The notes: generated by a model not told the origin, from the letters alone. 64,000 bases of DNA from an uncultured Verrucomicrobiae bacterium (GCA_963751725.1 CAVVVQ010000022.1:99344-163343); one strand, 5' to 3'. Positions 20,629 through 31,545 are shown, counted from the stretch's first letter. Numbers and translations: made by a program.

Positions 20629-23073
20629 GTGACCGCTGAACTGTCTCGCCAAAAATCTTCACGCTTCCTCATCGTCCTTGCCGGGATTGTTCTCGGACAA
20701 GCGATCCTTTTCGGGCCATCGCTGATCGGCCAGAAGATCCTGTTACCACTTGATATTCTGGCCAGGCCCGGGGTTTATATCCCGCAAACACCCGGCCGCG
20801 AGGCCGCGCAACCGCTTGATCGAACACTCAGTGATCTGGTCATGCAATTCGAACCAGACCGGCGTTTCGCTGCGCGAGAAATCAAAGCAGGACGATTTCC
20901 GTTCTGGATACCGAATCAGTACGGCGGCGTCCCGTTCATCTGGCCAAAATATTCTCCGTTCTTTTTGCCAACCGCGCTGACCGAATCACCAATCGTGCTG
21001 GCCTGGGCGCAGATGCTGGCCGCGCTTGTTTCCGGAATCGGTGCGTACTTTTTCTGTCGAACAGTCCTGAAGGTCAGTTTCTGGCCGGCGGCTTTTGTTG
21101 CCTGGTGTTATCCGCTAACTGGGTTTTTTGTTTTCTGGCAGGGTTACCCGACTTGTTCAGCGGTCTATTGGTTGCCGTGGCTCCTGCTCACCGTAGATCG
21201 CACGGTTCGTTCGCCCGGAATGTTCAATCTGGCGGGGCTATCGTTGGTTACCGGATTAACTCTGGTAAGCGGACACATCGACGTTGCCGGGCAAGTTCTG
21301 TTGGTTTCAGGTTTGTACGCTCTCTGGTGTTTGTGGGACGCGCACCGCGGCGAGTTGCTGAGAGTTGCAGTAATCAAGCCGATACTTTTTCTAACCCTTG
21401 GGTGGTCGTTAGGTATGACCCTGGCAGCACCCCACGTCTGGCCACTTCTTGAATACGCTAAAACCGGTTATCGCATTTCCCAGCGCGCCGAAGGAACCGA
21501 AGAGCGTCCACCCACCGGACTCTCTGCGCTGCCTCAACTAGTGTTGCCCGACATTTATGGATCCGCCGAACGCAAAAGCATCCTGATTGGCAAAGATCCG
21601 CTTAACCTTCAGGAAAGTGTCGCCGCCGGATACGCGGGTTTGCTCGCGATACTTCTGGTTGCTCCCTTCGCCTGGTTCAGCAGACGACACCGCTCAATTA
21701 ATATTTTCTGGGTCTTCCTATCTATTTTCGGGATGAGTTGGTGCCTCAATCTGCCCGGGTTTGTTCAACTTCTTTCTTTGCCCGGAATGCGAATGATGTC
21801 ACACAATCGACTCGTTTTTGCGACAGCGTTTGCCATTTTGGCCATGACTGCCGTGGGACTTGAGGCATTGCGTGCCGGACAAGTCGAATGGCGAAAACCC
21901 CTCTGGATCCCATTAGGCCTAACTGGCCTTTTGCTCATCTGGACCTTGTGGTCCGCCGTTTCTCCTCCAGAACCAATCGCCACCCAGATGGCGGAAAAGA
22001 TCCGATCCGGACAAACCTTTATTTGGATCCGAACACTTGATCACGTCCGTGAGTTGCAAGCGTGGTTTACCCGGCATTACCTGGCCTCGGCAGCATGGTG
22101 TTGTCTTGGGTTATTTGGCTGGCTCGCAATCCAATCGCGCCGAATCGAACATCGCATCCTCCTGCCGGCACTCGGGGTTCTCATGATGTGCGATCTGCTT
22201 TGGTTTGCCTGGAATCGACGACCACAGTGTGATCGCGACCTTTATTTTCCAGAAGTTCCTGCCCTGAACGAAATATCAAAGGCAACACCTGGGCGCGTGA
22301 TAGGTTATTCCTGTCTTTCGGCGAAACTGGCTCAAGCGATCAATTTGATGGATCCACGCGGCTATGATTCGGTCGATCCCGCCAGATGGATTGCTTTGTT
22401 GAAATCAACGGCAGACGAACATTCACTTTTCGCTCCTTACGCTGCTGTGCAAAACCTCATCCCGCGGATGAGCGTTGCTCCTCCTGAGTCAATTCTGCTT
22501 TCTCCCATTCTAAGCATGTTGAATGTTCGTTATGTTGTCATACGCGGTGCGGCCCGTGAAGGCCTGCAGCCAATGTTCCAAAGTCCCGATTACTGGGTTC
22601 TCGAGAATAAATCCGCGCTGCCACGCGCGTACGTGCCGAGCCATGTCGAGCTCGTGACCAACGAAGATACGATGCTGGTTAAATTGGGCGGGAGTGAATT
22701 TGATCCACGCGCCGTTGCCTATGTAGAAACGCCGGTCGAATTCCCTGAGCAAATCCAGGGGGAAGCAACCATTGTCCGCGAGAACCCGGCCGAGATCCAA
22801 ATCTCCGCTCAAATGAATACACCAGGATTGCTTGTGCTCAGCGACTACTGGGAGAAAGGTTGGCGCGCTTACGTCAATGGCAAGGCAACACCAATCTTGC
22901 GTGTGAACTATGCCTTACGCGGCGTAACTCTTCCAGCTGGACCAAGCAAAATTGAGTTCCGATATGAATCGGAAACGGTGCATCGCTCCCTTCAGCTCTC
23001 GTTCGTTTCGATGCTTGTTCTGTTGGGACTTGGCGGGGGCGGACTCTGGTCACGGCGAACCCGGAGCACGTGA
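20629..23073 (+). CDS. YfhO-family polytopic membrane protein (GT-C-type glycosyltransferase candidate), intact at 814 aa
   Basis: GTG start. There are many TM helices and a YfhO-like N-terminal loop (DLVMQFEPDRRF..GRFPFWIPNQYGGVPF). The C-terminal beta domain reads YWEKGWRAYVNGKATPILRVNYALRGVTLPAGPSKIEFRYE. Confidence 0.65.
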   Translation: MTAELSRQKSSRFLIVLAGIVLGQAILFGPSLIGQKILLPLDILARPGVYIPQTPGREAAQPLDRTLSDLVMQFEPDRRFAAREIKAGRFPFWIPNQYGGVPFIWPKYSPFFLPTALTESPIVLAWAQMLAALVSGIGAYFFCRTVLKVSFWPAAFVAWCYPLTGFFVFWQGYPTCSAVYWLPWLLLTVDRTVRSPGMFNLAGLSLVTGLTLVSGHIDVAGQVLLVSGLYALWCLWDAHRGELLRVAVIKPILFLTLGWSLGMTLAAPHVWPLLEYAKTGYRISQRAEGTEERPPTGLSALPQLVLPDIYGSAERKSILIGKDPLNLQESVAAGYAGLLAILLVAPFAWFSRRHRSINIFWVFLSIFGMSWCLNLPGFVQLLSLPGMRMMSHNRLVFATAFAILAMTAVGLEALRAGQVEWRKPLWIPLGLTGLLLIWTLWSAVSPPEPIATQMAEKIRSGQTFIWIRTLDHVRELQAWFTRHYLASAAWCCLGLFGWLAIQSRRIEHRILLPALGVLMMCDLLWFAWNRRPQCDRDLYFPEVPALNEISKATPGRVIGYSCLSAKLAQAINLMDPRGYDSVDPARWIALLKSTADEHSLFAPYAAVQNLIPRMSVAPPESILLSPILSMLNVRYVVIRGAAREGLQPMFQSPDYWVLENKSALPRAYVPSHVELVTNEDTMLVKLGGSEFDPRAVAYVETPVEFPEQIQGEATIVRENPAEIQISAQMNTPGLLVLSDYWEKGWRAYVNGKATPILRVNYALRGVTLPAGPSKIEFRYESETVHRSLQLSFVSMLVLLGLGGGGLWSRRTRST

Positions 23074-23161
23074 CGGATTAAGTGTTCGGTCACAACAGAA
23101 TTGCTGACCGCGGATTGACCACTAAGGTGGATGGCTCCAAAGCGAAGCGGGGCAGACGATC

Positions 23162-24999
23162 ATGGCCAAGGCAAGATCAAGACGTAATCTGAATAAAGGC
23201 GGAGCGGCGACAGCCTCCCCTGCCCTGCAGCCAATTGTCCCCGGCAAATGGCATGTGAACGTGCTGATTCTTCTCGGTCTCCTCCTTGCCACATGCGTCC
23301 TCTACGCGGGCGATCTTCACATCGGCTTCCTGAGCCTGGACGATCCAGGTTACGTCACGGCGAACCCATGGATTCGTGAAATCAGCCTAACTAATATCTG
23401 GCGAATCATTACCGCCCCGTATTTCGTAAATTATTCTCCGGTTCATCTTTTTTCTTACATGTTGGATTACACCTTCGCCGGCGCGAGCGCATTTGTTTTT
23501 CACCTGTCGAGTAATATCTGGGGAGGCGTAATAGCCGGATTCGCATTCCTGCTCGCACTGGCTTTGACCCGACAATATGCAATCGCGATTGCGACGGGCC
23601 TTCTCTTTGTAGTACATCCGGCGCACGTCGAAGCGATTGCCTGGATCTCGAGCCGGAAAGACCTCATTGCCGCTGCGTTCGCACTACCAACGTTTCTGGC
23701 CTATCTCGCTTATCGTCGCTGCGGTCCGAAAGCCCAGTTCTGGTACGCCATCTCGCTTGCTCTATTTACGCTCGCAGTTGGCGGAAAGATGTCGGTTGCC
23801 ACTTTTCCTATCGTGTTGCTCGCCCACGATTATTTCATAGAGAAGCGGCCGCTTTCTCGCTCGTTCATCGATAAGATTCCGTTCTTTCTGATTGCGCTGG
23901 TTGTGGCTGCAATTGTGGCATCTGCGCAACCACCGACGGGACATAAACTGAGCACGTCGGTCTTGGCTTCGGCCTTCGGTCAAAGCTTCTGGCTCATGAC
24001 CGGCTTCGGCGATTACGTCTTATATAGAGTGACGCCAGGCGAAGGCGGTCTTTGGTTTCAAATTGGCGGATTCGTCCTGCTTCTACTGTTGTTCGCGGCG
24101 CCAATGCTCCTTCGCCGAATCTGGCCGCTCGGAGCGCTCCTGGCCTACTGGATTCTGTTTTGTTTGGTCCCCGCTCAAGTCCTTTCTTTTACTCATCCAG
24201 TTACCGATCGTTATCTTTTTCTGCCATCGGTCGGCGCCGCGATCCTGATCGCGGCGGGAATCATCGGGGTTGGTCAACGTTTCGGCCGGACAGGGTTGAT
24301 CGTTTCGCTTGTGATCATCGCAGCGATCATCGGATTCTGGACACGAACAACGTTAGCTTGCATCGCCGAATGGCAGGATGTCCGCTCAATCTGGTATTAC
24401 GCATCTCAGAGTACGACCGATCCGGACGCGACATTTTATCTCGGGCTTCGTTATCAGGATCTCGCCGATGGCCTTGGGACAACGCCTCGCGGCACGCCGG
24501 TGACCGATGCAGACGCTCGCCGCCTCGCGGCAGTCGTTTGGCAGAATGACGAAAGGTTGTCGCCTCTCCTTGAAGAATGGTCCGGCGGTAAACGGGAGGA
24601 CCGATTGAACAACAATTCCGCATTGAACTTCGCGCGCTGGCATGGAATGCGTACGAGAAACGGCTTCAGGCCGAGCGATCCTATCCCATACCGAATCTTT
24701 TTATTCATCGCGGCGTCATTCTCGCCGATAACGGCGATCTACCGGGTGCACGCAAAGAGTTCCTGGCCGCGGCGGAGGAAGCATCGCGCTCGTGGTATCC
24801 GGAGGAACGCCAGAAATCACTGGTCGAAAGTCACAATGCCCTTGGGCTTGTCGCCTTCCGTTCCGGCGATCAGAAGGAAGCTTTGCGCTGGTTCAAAATG
24901 GCGGACGACGAACAAACTCGTTTCGGAGGCAACTGGGTTCCGGACCTGAAAACAAAAGTTCAGAAACTGGAAGCTACGGTGAACCCCGCGACGCCGTGA
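23162..24999 (+). CDS. PMT/ArnT-like (GT-C, TMTC-type) membrane glycosyltransferase with a C-terminal TPR region (frame switch near 24600)
   Basis: FLSLDDPGYVTANPWI..YSPVHLFSYMLDY..FVFHLSSNIW..LLFVVHPAHVEAIAWISSRKDL matches the bacterial TMTC/DUF1736-type pattern, with 10 or more TM helices. TPR-like repeats are readable in a second frame (..AWNAYEKRLQAE..LGLVAFRSGDQKEALRWFKMA..). Stop at 24997-24999. Confidence 0.6.
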
Positions 25000-25053
25000 G
25001 TTTTTTGGACAGAATGAACAAAAGGGACAGAATGGTTTTTTCGTTCCTTTAAT

Positions 25054-25129
25054 CCTGCTCTTTCACTTGCTCTTGCTCGTGTGGGAAGGGTTGTTGCTCC
25101 CGAAGTGTATGAGTAAGTGAAAGAGCAGG
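25054..25129. repeat. Inverted repeat (19-bp arms, 18/19 match) in a repeat-rich convergent intergenic region
   Basis: cctgctctttcacttgctc (25054-72) pairs with gagtaagtgaaagagcagg (25111-29). A third partial copy, ctgctctttca, lies near 25362. Confidence 0.7.
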
Positions 25130-25380
25130 CCTAGCTAAAGGAAGAAACCGAGGCGGAGTCGAGCCGCGACGAATTCACCTTGCCGCACCTTAGCAGCACC
25201 GTTTCTACCGGAGCTCACACAAAGATCACAAAGGGACACAAAGTCGTGAAACGGGACGGCAGAATTAACAGGATTTACAAATAGGAATGGTTAGTGACGC
25301 ACTAAACGACCCACAGGGCCGTGGCTACAGCGCACACTCTGTTAATTCTGTCCAATCTGTCTGCTCTTTCATTTTGATAC

Positions 25381-27039
25381 TCAATCCGATTCGGCTAACA
25401 ACCGGCGGGCAAGAGCAAGTGCCTCATCCAGGTCCGCGCAGAATTTTCGCTCACCCAGCCAGCTAACAAATCCAGATTCGAACATCACTTTCATTGGCTG
25501 TGGCTGAACCCCAGTGACGAGAATTTTCACCCGGTCGCGGTGCAATTTCTCAACCGCAACCCGAAACGCGTGAAGCCCGCTCGCATCCATCGCAGGCACA
25601 TTGCGCATACGAAAGATGACGATCTTCGGGTTTTCCGCCGGAGGCACGAAGCGCTTGATCAAGGTTTTCTGCGGCCGCAAAAAAGAACGGTCCTTCCATT
25701 CGGTAAAGGACTACGCCGTCTGGAATCTCTTTATCGCGCATACTGTTAGCGCCCGATGCCTCCGGCTCACTCTCCGGTGTCACCAGCCGAATATGCGAGA
25801 CCGATTCCATCTGACGGAGAAACAGAACTACAGCCATGATCATCCCCGCGCCGACACCGATCGTGAGATCGAAGATGACGGTTAGGCCGAAGGCGGTCAC
25901 CATGACAGCGAAGTCAGTCCTGGGGCCGCGCCACAGCTCCACGAAAGGTATGCGCCTCGGCCATTCGAAAGGCAACACCCAGTAGAATGGCGCTCAAGTG
26001 TTGCGAGAGGAATATAGTTAATAACCGGCGCAGCAACAAGCGCAACCAGGAGTAGAACGACCGAATGGACAACGCCTGCAATGGGCGTGCTGGCACCGTT
26101 TCGAATATTTGCCGCCGTGCGCGCGATTGCGCCGGTCGCCGCGATGCCACCGACAAGTGGAGATAGGATGTTCGCGATGCCTTGCCCGATGAGTTCCTGA
26201 TTTGGATCGTGGCGTGTTTCGGCCATCCCATCCGCCACCATTGCGGAAAGCAACGATTCGATTGCCCCCAAAGCTGCAATCGTGAACGCGGCGCCCATCA
26301 ACTGCCGCATCGCTTCCAACGAAATTTCGGGGAATTGTAATCCAGGCCAACCGCTCGCGATGTCGCCGAATTTGCTGCCAATAGTTGAGACTGGCCAGTG
26401 CGCCCAGTGAGCAACCAGCGCTGTCAGGACCACGGCCACGATACTCGCCGGAATGCGTTTCGTTACTCGCGGCCAGAGGTAAATTACCGCCAGAGCGATA
26501 ACGCCAGTCGCGACTGCGTACCAATTGACGCTGCTCAGATGATTGGCTAACGCTACCATCTGCTGGGGGACGTGTTCCGGCATCTTGAGGTTCAATCCCA
26601 GGAACTCATTGAGTTGCCCGCAGAAGATGATCACCGCGATGCCGCTGGTGAAACCGGCTACCACCGGATAGGGAAAAAACTTGAGTAACCGCCCCATTTT
26701 GAGCACACCGACGACGATCAACATTGCCCCCGCCATCATCACCGCCAGAGCCAGACCGCCATACCCATGCTCCGCGACAACCGAAAAGAGGACCGGCACA
26801 AACGCTCCCGTTGGCCCTGCAATTTGAAACCGTGAACCACCGATCAGGGCCACCGCCAACCCGGCCACAATCCCGGTCCAAAGACCTTGTTGTGGCGTTA
26901 CGCCGGACGCGATCGCAAAACCAATCGCCAGCGGCAAAGCGATAACACCGACCGTCAGTCCCGCCGATAGATCACCGAAAAACCTTGCCCGATTGTAGTT
27001 GTTGAACGCCGACGCAATCGCTGGTCGAAAGATGCGCAT
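25381..27039 (-). CDS. SulP-family anion (sulfate/bicarbonate) permease with a C-terminal STAS domain, two frame switches
   Basis: N-terminal region: FGDLSAGLTVGVIALPLAIGFAIASGVTPQQGLWTGIVAG..GGSRFQIAGPTGAF. The STAS end lies in ORF 25381..25680 (VIFRMRNVPAMDASGLHAF..KILVTGVQPQ). Confidence 0.8.
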
Positions 27040-27218
27040 TCTCGATCAAACCGGGGTCAATCCGCGATGATCAAGACTTGGATGAAGTAATTTGCAAATG
27101 ACCATGCCGTATCACGAGAGCGACATTCAAATCTACACAGGAAAGGCTTCTTGCGCGACCAATCGCAAAACAATCTGAGCCTTTTATCGTTGATCCGGTC
27201 CGAATCTCGCCAGGCGTC

Positions 27219-27330
27219 TTGGAGTGCGGCAGCGCTCTGCCACTTTGCGGAAAACCGCCCGCAACGCCTGTTCGCTTCGATTGCTGTCTTGACGTTCAAC
27301 GAAAAGCGGCCGAGCACCGCCGCACTCCAA
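27219..27330. repeat. Inverted repeat, family E (TTGGAGTGCGGCNG..)
   Basis: ttggagtgcggcagcgctctgccac (27219-43) pairs with gcggccgagcaccgccgcactccaa (27306-30), about 20/25 complementary. A solitary arm lies at 18973-19000 (gagcggcggagcatcgccgcactccaga). Confidence 0.65.
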
Positions 27331-27511
27331 AAAATTCTGTCCCGGCCTCACCGTCGTGAAACAAATCCCGTTAGTCCCGTTAATCCTGTCTGACCCTCGA
27401 GACAATTGGCGCACAGGAAAAGCCAACCTGCGCTGAGCGGTTGTCCGTATCACGCTCGTTCTTAAGGCGTGAAGAAAATAGAAACTCAAACCAAGAAAGG
27501 GAGAAAAAACA

Positions 27512-28667
27512 ATGAAAACGTCAGTCAACCAACTCAGTCCTATTCGCGGCCGGCCCTTGTTAGGTGTCGGCTTGTTTTTTGTCGGCCTGATGGCGTGCGT
27601 CGCCTTCGGGATATCAACGGCTCAGGCGCAAAACTATTATGTCAAAGACTTGGGGATGATTCCCGAAGCCAAAGCCTGTGATCCGGCCGGAGTGAATAAC
27701 CAGGGACACGTGATCGGCACCGCCAATGCGGGTGAATATGGCTATGCCTTTCGCTATTATTACAACGGTAAAGAAGATGAAATGGAAAAAATCGGGGTTC
27801 TCGGCAGTCGCGCATTTGGAATTGATCCGAGCGGAATTGTCGTAGGTGACGTGTTTTTTTCCAAGATGGGATGGGCCAGCCATGCCGCACTCTTCAGTGG
27901 CGAAAAAGTCGTTGATCTAGGGGCGCTGGAAGGTCAACTCTTCAGCCGGGCCAATGGCATCAATGCCATGCAATACGTGGTCGGGTATTCTGGTCCGACG
28001 CGAGATAGCGCACAAAGCCGGGCCTTTATCTGGACAGCCATGGGTGGCATGATGGATATGGGAACGTTAGGCGGCGAGTACCGGTCAAGCCTACGCAGTC
28101 AATGATATAGGTTGGGTCACCGGGACAGCACAAATCTCGGACATGGGAATTCGCCCGGCGCAAAGCCACGCGTTTCTCCATCAGCCCATCACCAAGACCA
28201 AAATTCACACCAAGCCGATGATGGACTTGGGAACATTGGGCGGTCGCTTGAGCTGTGGCATGGCGGTAAACCTCAGTAACCACGTGGTTGGCTATTCCAC
28301 CACCGATGGGACAGATCAGATTAACCATGCCTTCTTCTACGACGGCAAAGGAATGATCGATCTTGGTGTCCTGGACCAGGGCTCACTTGTCTATCAAAGC
28401 AAGGCGCTCGCCGTTAACAATTCGGATCAAGTTGTCGGATTCAACTATCTCACCGTAGGCGATCCCAATCCCTTCAACCGGGTGGCGTTTGTCTGGTTCA
28501 GAGATGACGGACAGATGAAAGATCTGAATTCGTTAATCGCCGGATGGGCAGACCGATATTACTTGATGTCGGCCACCGCGGTCAATGATCACGGACAGAT
28601 CGCTGCGCATGCATACGATTACGTGGATGGAACCTTCAAGGCGGTCCTGCTTACACCTACCAAGTAA
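27512..28667 (+). CDS. Secreted HAF-family extracellular repeat protein (frame switch ~28090-28140)
   Basis: A signal/TM region (LLGVGLFFVGLMACVAFGISTAQA) is followed by repeated units of the form N..G.VVG....HAF.. plus DLG/MG.LGG: NNQGHVIGTA..YAFRY, SGIVVGD..HAALF, YVVGYS..RAFIW, HVVGYS..HAFFYDGKGMIDLG and DQVVGF..VAFVW. Confidence 0.55.
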
Positions 28668-28889
28668 CCGTTAAATGGAATGGAAAAGAACAAGAAAGAG
28701 CGTCTCTCAAAGGTCATCAGGTGGCGGGAGACGCTCGGGACAAGCGAGCTTAAATCCTTCACTCTTGCGCCTCCCATCTTAACTCCGCCTCCTGTTCCCT
28801 TCTGATTCAGTGGCACAAAATCGCAATCCGAGACACGCTTTGTCTCCGTTGTTTCTTTGTCTGGGCATCCACCATCACTCGTAAGCGCC

Positions 28890-28974
28890 TGCCGATGGCC
28901 GGACTCGAACCGGCACGGGCTTTTCAGCCCAACGGATTTTAAGTCCGTTGCGTCTGCCATTTCGCCACATCGGC
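28890..28974 (-). tRNA. tRNA-Leu (anticodon TAA)
   Basis: The minus strand reads GCCGATG-TG-GCGAAATGGCAGACGC-A-ACGGA-CTTAAAA-TCCGT-(long variable arm TGGGCTGAAAAGCCCG)-GCCGG-TTCGAGT-CCGGC-CATCGGC-A. This is a full class II cloverleaf with no encoded CCA. Confidence 0.85.
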
Positions 28975-29042
28975 TTGTCCACGCGCATCTTACTCGGGTC
29001 CGAACGATGACCAAGATGTTTTCATGAGACGCGCCAACCTAA

Positions 29043-29121
29043 GCCACGGATTAGCACGGATTAAACAGAGATCAATAAAACGGGGTTTTGTAGTCCGTGT
29101 AAATCCGTGCTAATCCGTGGC
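29043..29121. repeat. Palindromic repeat, family D (20-bp perfect arms)
   Basis: gccacggattagcacggattaaac (29043-66) pairs with gtccgtgtaaatccgtgctaatccgtggc (29093-121). It lies between tRNA-Leu and pgsA. Confidence 0.8.
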
Positions 29122-29173
29122 CTAGGACAGATGCGGTTTTCGAGAAAAAACCTAGAATGAGCCGAGCCCGCCA

Positions 29174-29779
29174 ATGACCACCGCCAACAAGATCACCGTC
29201 GTCCGGATCATGATGATCCCGATCTTCGTTACATTGGCGATGTATTACGGGGAAAGTATTCAGGAAGGCAACCCGCAGAATTGGCAACGGTTCGCTGCGA
29301 TCTGCGTTTTCCTGGTCGCAGCGGTCAGTGACGGTCTCGATGGATTCGTCGCGCGTCGCTACAATCAGCGCAGCACCCTGGGAATGATTCTCGATCCGAT
29401 TGCCGACAAGGGTTTGCTCCTAAGCGGAATCATCACACTCAGCATCAGTAACTGGAGCACAGTCGATCCGAATTTTGGTAAGTTCCCGGTTTGGTTCCCG
29501 GTTCTGGTTATCACACGCGACACCGTGATCCTTGTCGGAAGTGCTGTCCTCCACATCTTGAATGGGAAAGTGCGGGTCCGTCCGAGTTGGACCGGGAAAG
29601 TGGCTACCGTGTTGCAGATGGCAGCAATCGCATGGGTGATGTTGCAGTTGCGTATTCCGCCATTGATCTATGTCGTTTGCGCCGCTGGGTTATTCACCCT
29701 TGTGTCGGGCATCATCTACGTCCGAGATGGCGTTCGGCAGTTGCAAGCACACGGTCACGCAAATGCAAAAGTAGGTTAA
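29174..29779 (+). CDS. pgsA: CDP-diacylglycerol--glycerol-3-phosphate 3-phosphatidyltransferase
   Basis: ANKITVVRIMMIPIF plus the CDP-alcohol phosphatidyltransferase motif DGLDGFVARRYNQRSTLGMILDPIADK. Intact at 201 aa. Confidence 0.8.
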   Translation: MTTANKITVVRIMMIPIFVTLAMYYGESIQEGNPQNWQRFAAICVFLVAAVSDGLDGFVARRYNQRSTLGMILDPIADKGLLLSGIITLSISNWSTVDPNFGKFPVWFPVLVITRDTVILVGSAVLHILNGKVRVRPSWTGKVATVLQMAAIAWVMLQLRIPPLIYVVCAAGLFTLVSGIIYVRDGVRQLQAHGHANAKVG

Positions 29780-30031
29780 GTTGGCGTTTGATTACGTGCA
29801 GAGGGGTTCGGGACTCTTGGACTGCGCGGGCAAGGCGAAGCGTCGCCGGCACTCTGGGGATGGAGGTAAGTGGCCCAGTTAGAACAACGATTGGGGCCTA
29901 AGGAAGTTTGTGCGCCAGTCATAAAGGCCTTATTGCAACTATGTTCGTAAAATTCATCAATCCCAGAGTAGCCAAGCACAATCCCCAAAGCGGTGCCGGG
30001 CTGCGCTTGCCACCGCCGTCCACATGCAGCC

Positions 30032-31447
30032 ATGAACCACAACCAACCAGCAAATGTAGCCGGCGAAGTCGCGATTGTGGGACGACCTAACGTTGGGAAG
30101 TCTGCGCTTTTTAACCGGTTAGCCGGACGCAATATCGCAATCGTTCACGACCAACCGGGGATCACGCGTGATCGTTTGGCGGCTCCGTGCGTGAAGGGCA
30201 GACGTCCGTTCAGAGTCTGGGACACGGGGGGAATCGGCGGCGCAGGCGAAAAGGAATTGCGCGCGCAGGTTCGCACTTCTGCAGAAGCCGCAATGCATGA
30301 AAGTGATCTCATCCTATTCGTGGTCGATGCACAGGATGGCCTGACGCCAGTGGACGAGGAACTGGCGAAGCTGCTGCGAAGGTCGCGAAAACCGGTTCTA
30401 CTCGTCGTCAACAAGATTGACCACCCAAACCACGAGGCGATGGATAGCGATTTCGCGCAAATCGGGTTTACGAAAACTGTCTCGATCAGTGCCGCGCACG
30501 GCCGCGGAATCTCCTGGCTCCTGGACACGATCGACTCACTCTTGCCTACCCCAAGCGTCATCAGCGATTCGCCTGTCTCACAGGAGCCAGCCGAAGGAGG
30601 ATTAGCCGTTGCCCTCCCCCTGCCCCTCGCAATTGTCGGACGGCCAAACGCCGGGAAATCTTCGCTGATTAATTCAATCGTCCGAGATGCGCGAACGATC
30701 GTAAGCGAATTACCGGGAACGACCCGCGACGCTGTCGACATCAAGTATCGGCGTAACGATCAGGAATATCTCTTGATTGATACCGCGGGAATTCGGGCAC
30801 GGAGCAAGCATTCTAGCTCGGTCGAAGTATTTAGTGTCATGCGGGCCGAACGAACGATCCGGCGCGCGGATCTTTGCATATTAGTCGTCGACCTGGCCAG
30901 TGGCGTAACAGGTCAGGACAAGAAAATCGCGGGACTAATTCAGAAGGCCGAGAAGCCATGTCTGATTGTCTTAAACAAATGGGACTTAGTAAAGCCGAAG
31001 AAGGGCGCCAGAGCAGTCGCGGAAACGGTTAACCGTCAAGCGCGCGAACAACTCTTTTTTCTTCAATACGCACCGGTCTTGATGACGTCAGCTTTGACCG
31101 GTGAGAATGTCAGTCAGCTTTTCCGGTTGATAGACGATATCCGGGAGGCAGGAAAGCAACGGATTGGCACTGGGGTGCTGAACCGACATCTTCGCAAAGC
31201 GTTTGAAGAGAATCCGCCCCCTTCGGTGGGAAACCGTCGCTTGAAATTGCTTTATGCCGCTCAAGCGGGAGACGAGAAAGAGACCGGGCTTGAAGCAATC
31301 AAGTTTGTTCTCTTTGTTAACCAACCGAAACTGCTCACTGAAACCTATGGGCGTTATCTTGAAGCTCGAATCCGTTCGATCGCGCCCTACACCGGGTTAC
31401 CGGTTCTCCTGAGCTGCCGCGCGCGGACGCAGAACAGAAAGAGCTAA
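30032..31447 (+). CDS. der: Ribosome-associated GTPase Der/EngA (two GTPase domains plus a KH-like C-terminus)
   Basis: G1 motifs are GRPNVGKSALFNRL and GRPNAGKSSLINSI. G3 motifs are DTGG and DTAG. NKID and NKWD are also present. The likely start is the Met at 30032, inside ORF 29993... Confidence 0.9.
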   Translation: MNHNQPANVAGEVAIVGRPNVGKSALFNRLAGRNIAIVHDQPGITRDRLAAPCVKGRRPFRVWDTGGIGGAGEKELRAQVRTSAEAAMHESDLILFVVDAQDGLTPVDEELAKLLRRSRKPVLLVVNKIDHPNHEAMDSDFAQIGFTKTVSISAAHGRGISWLLDTIDSLLPTPSVISDSPVSQEPAEGGLAVALPLPLAIVGRPNAGKSSLINSIVRDARTIVSELPGTTRDAVDIKYRRNDQEYLLIDTAGIRARSKHSSSVEVFSVMRAERTIRRADLCILVVDLASGVTGQDKKIAGLIQKAEKPCLIVLNKWDLVKPKKGARAVAETVNRQAREQLFFLQYAPVLMTSALTGENVSQLFRLIDDIREAGKQRIGTGVLNRHLRKAFEENPPPSVGNRRLKLLYAAQAGDEKETGLEAIKFVLFVNQPKLLTETYGRYLEARIRSIAPYTGLPVLLSCRARTQNRKS

Positions 31448-31545
31448 AGAGAAGCATACCGTCCAATTTGAACAGGCCGAAGGCTCCCCGTGGCTGAAGA
31501 GGTCGCAGAGGATCAAAGGCGCTCACGAAACGTTTAAGCATCGAG

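Noticed and set aside
28690-28735. The inverted repeat gagcgtctc-N22-gagacgctc after the HAF-repeat gene, considered as an intrinsic terminator
   Set aside because: The loop is long and there is no following U-tract, so it cannot be supported as a terminator from sequence alone.
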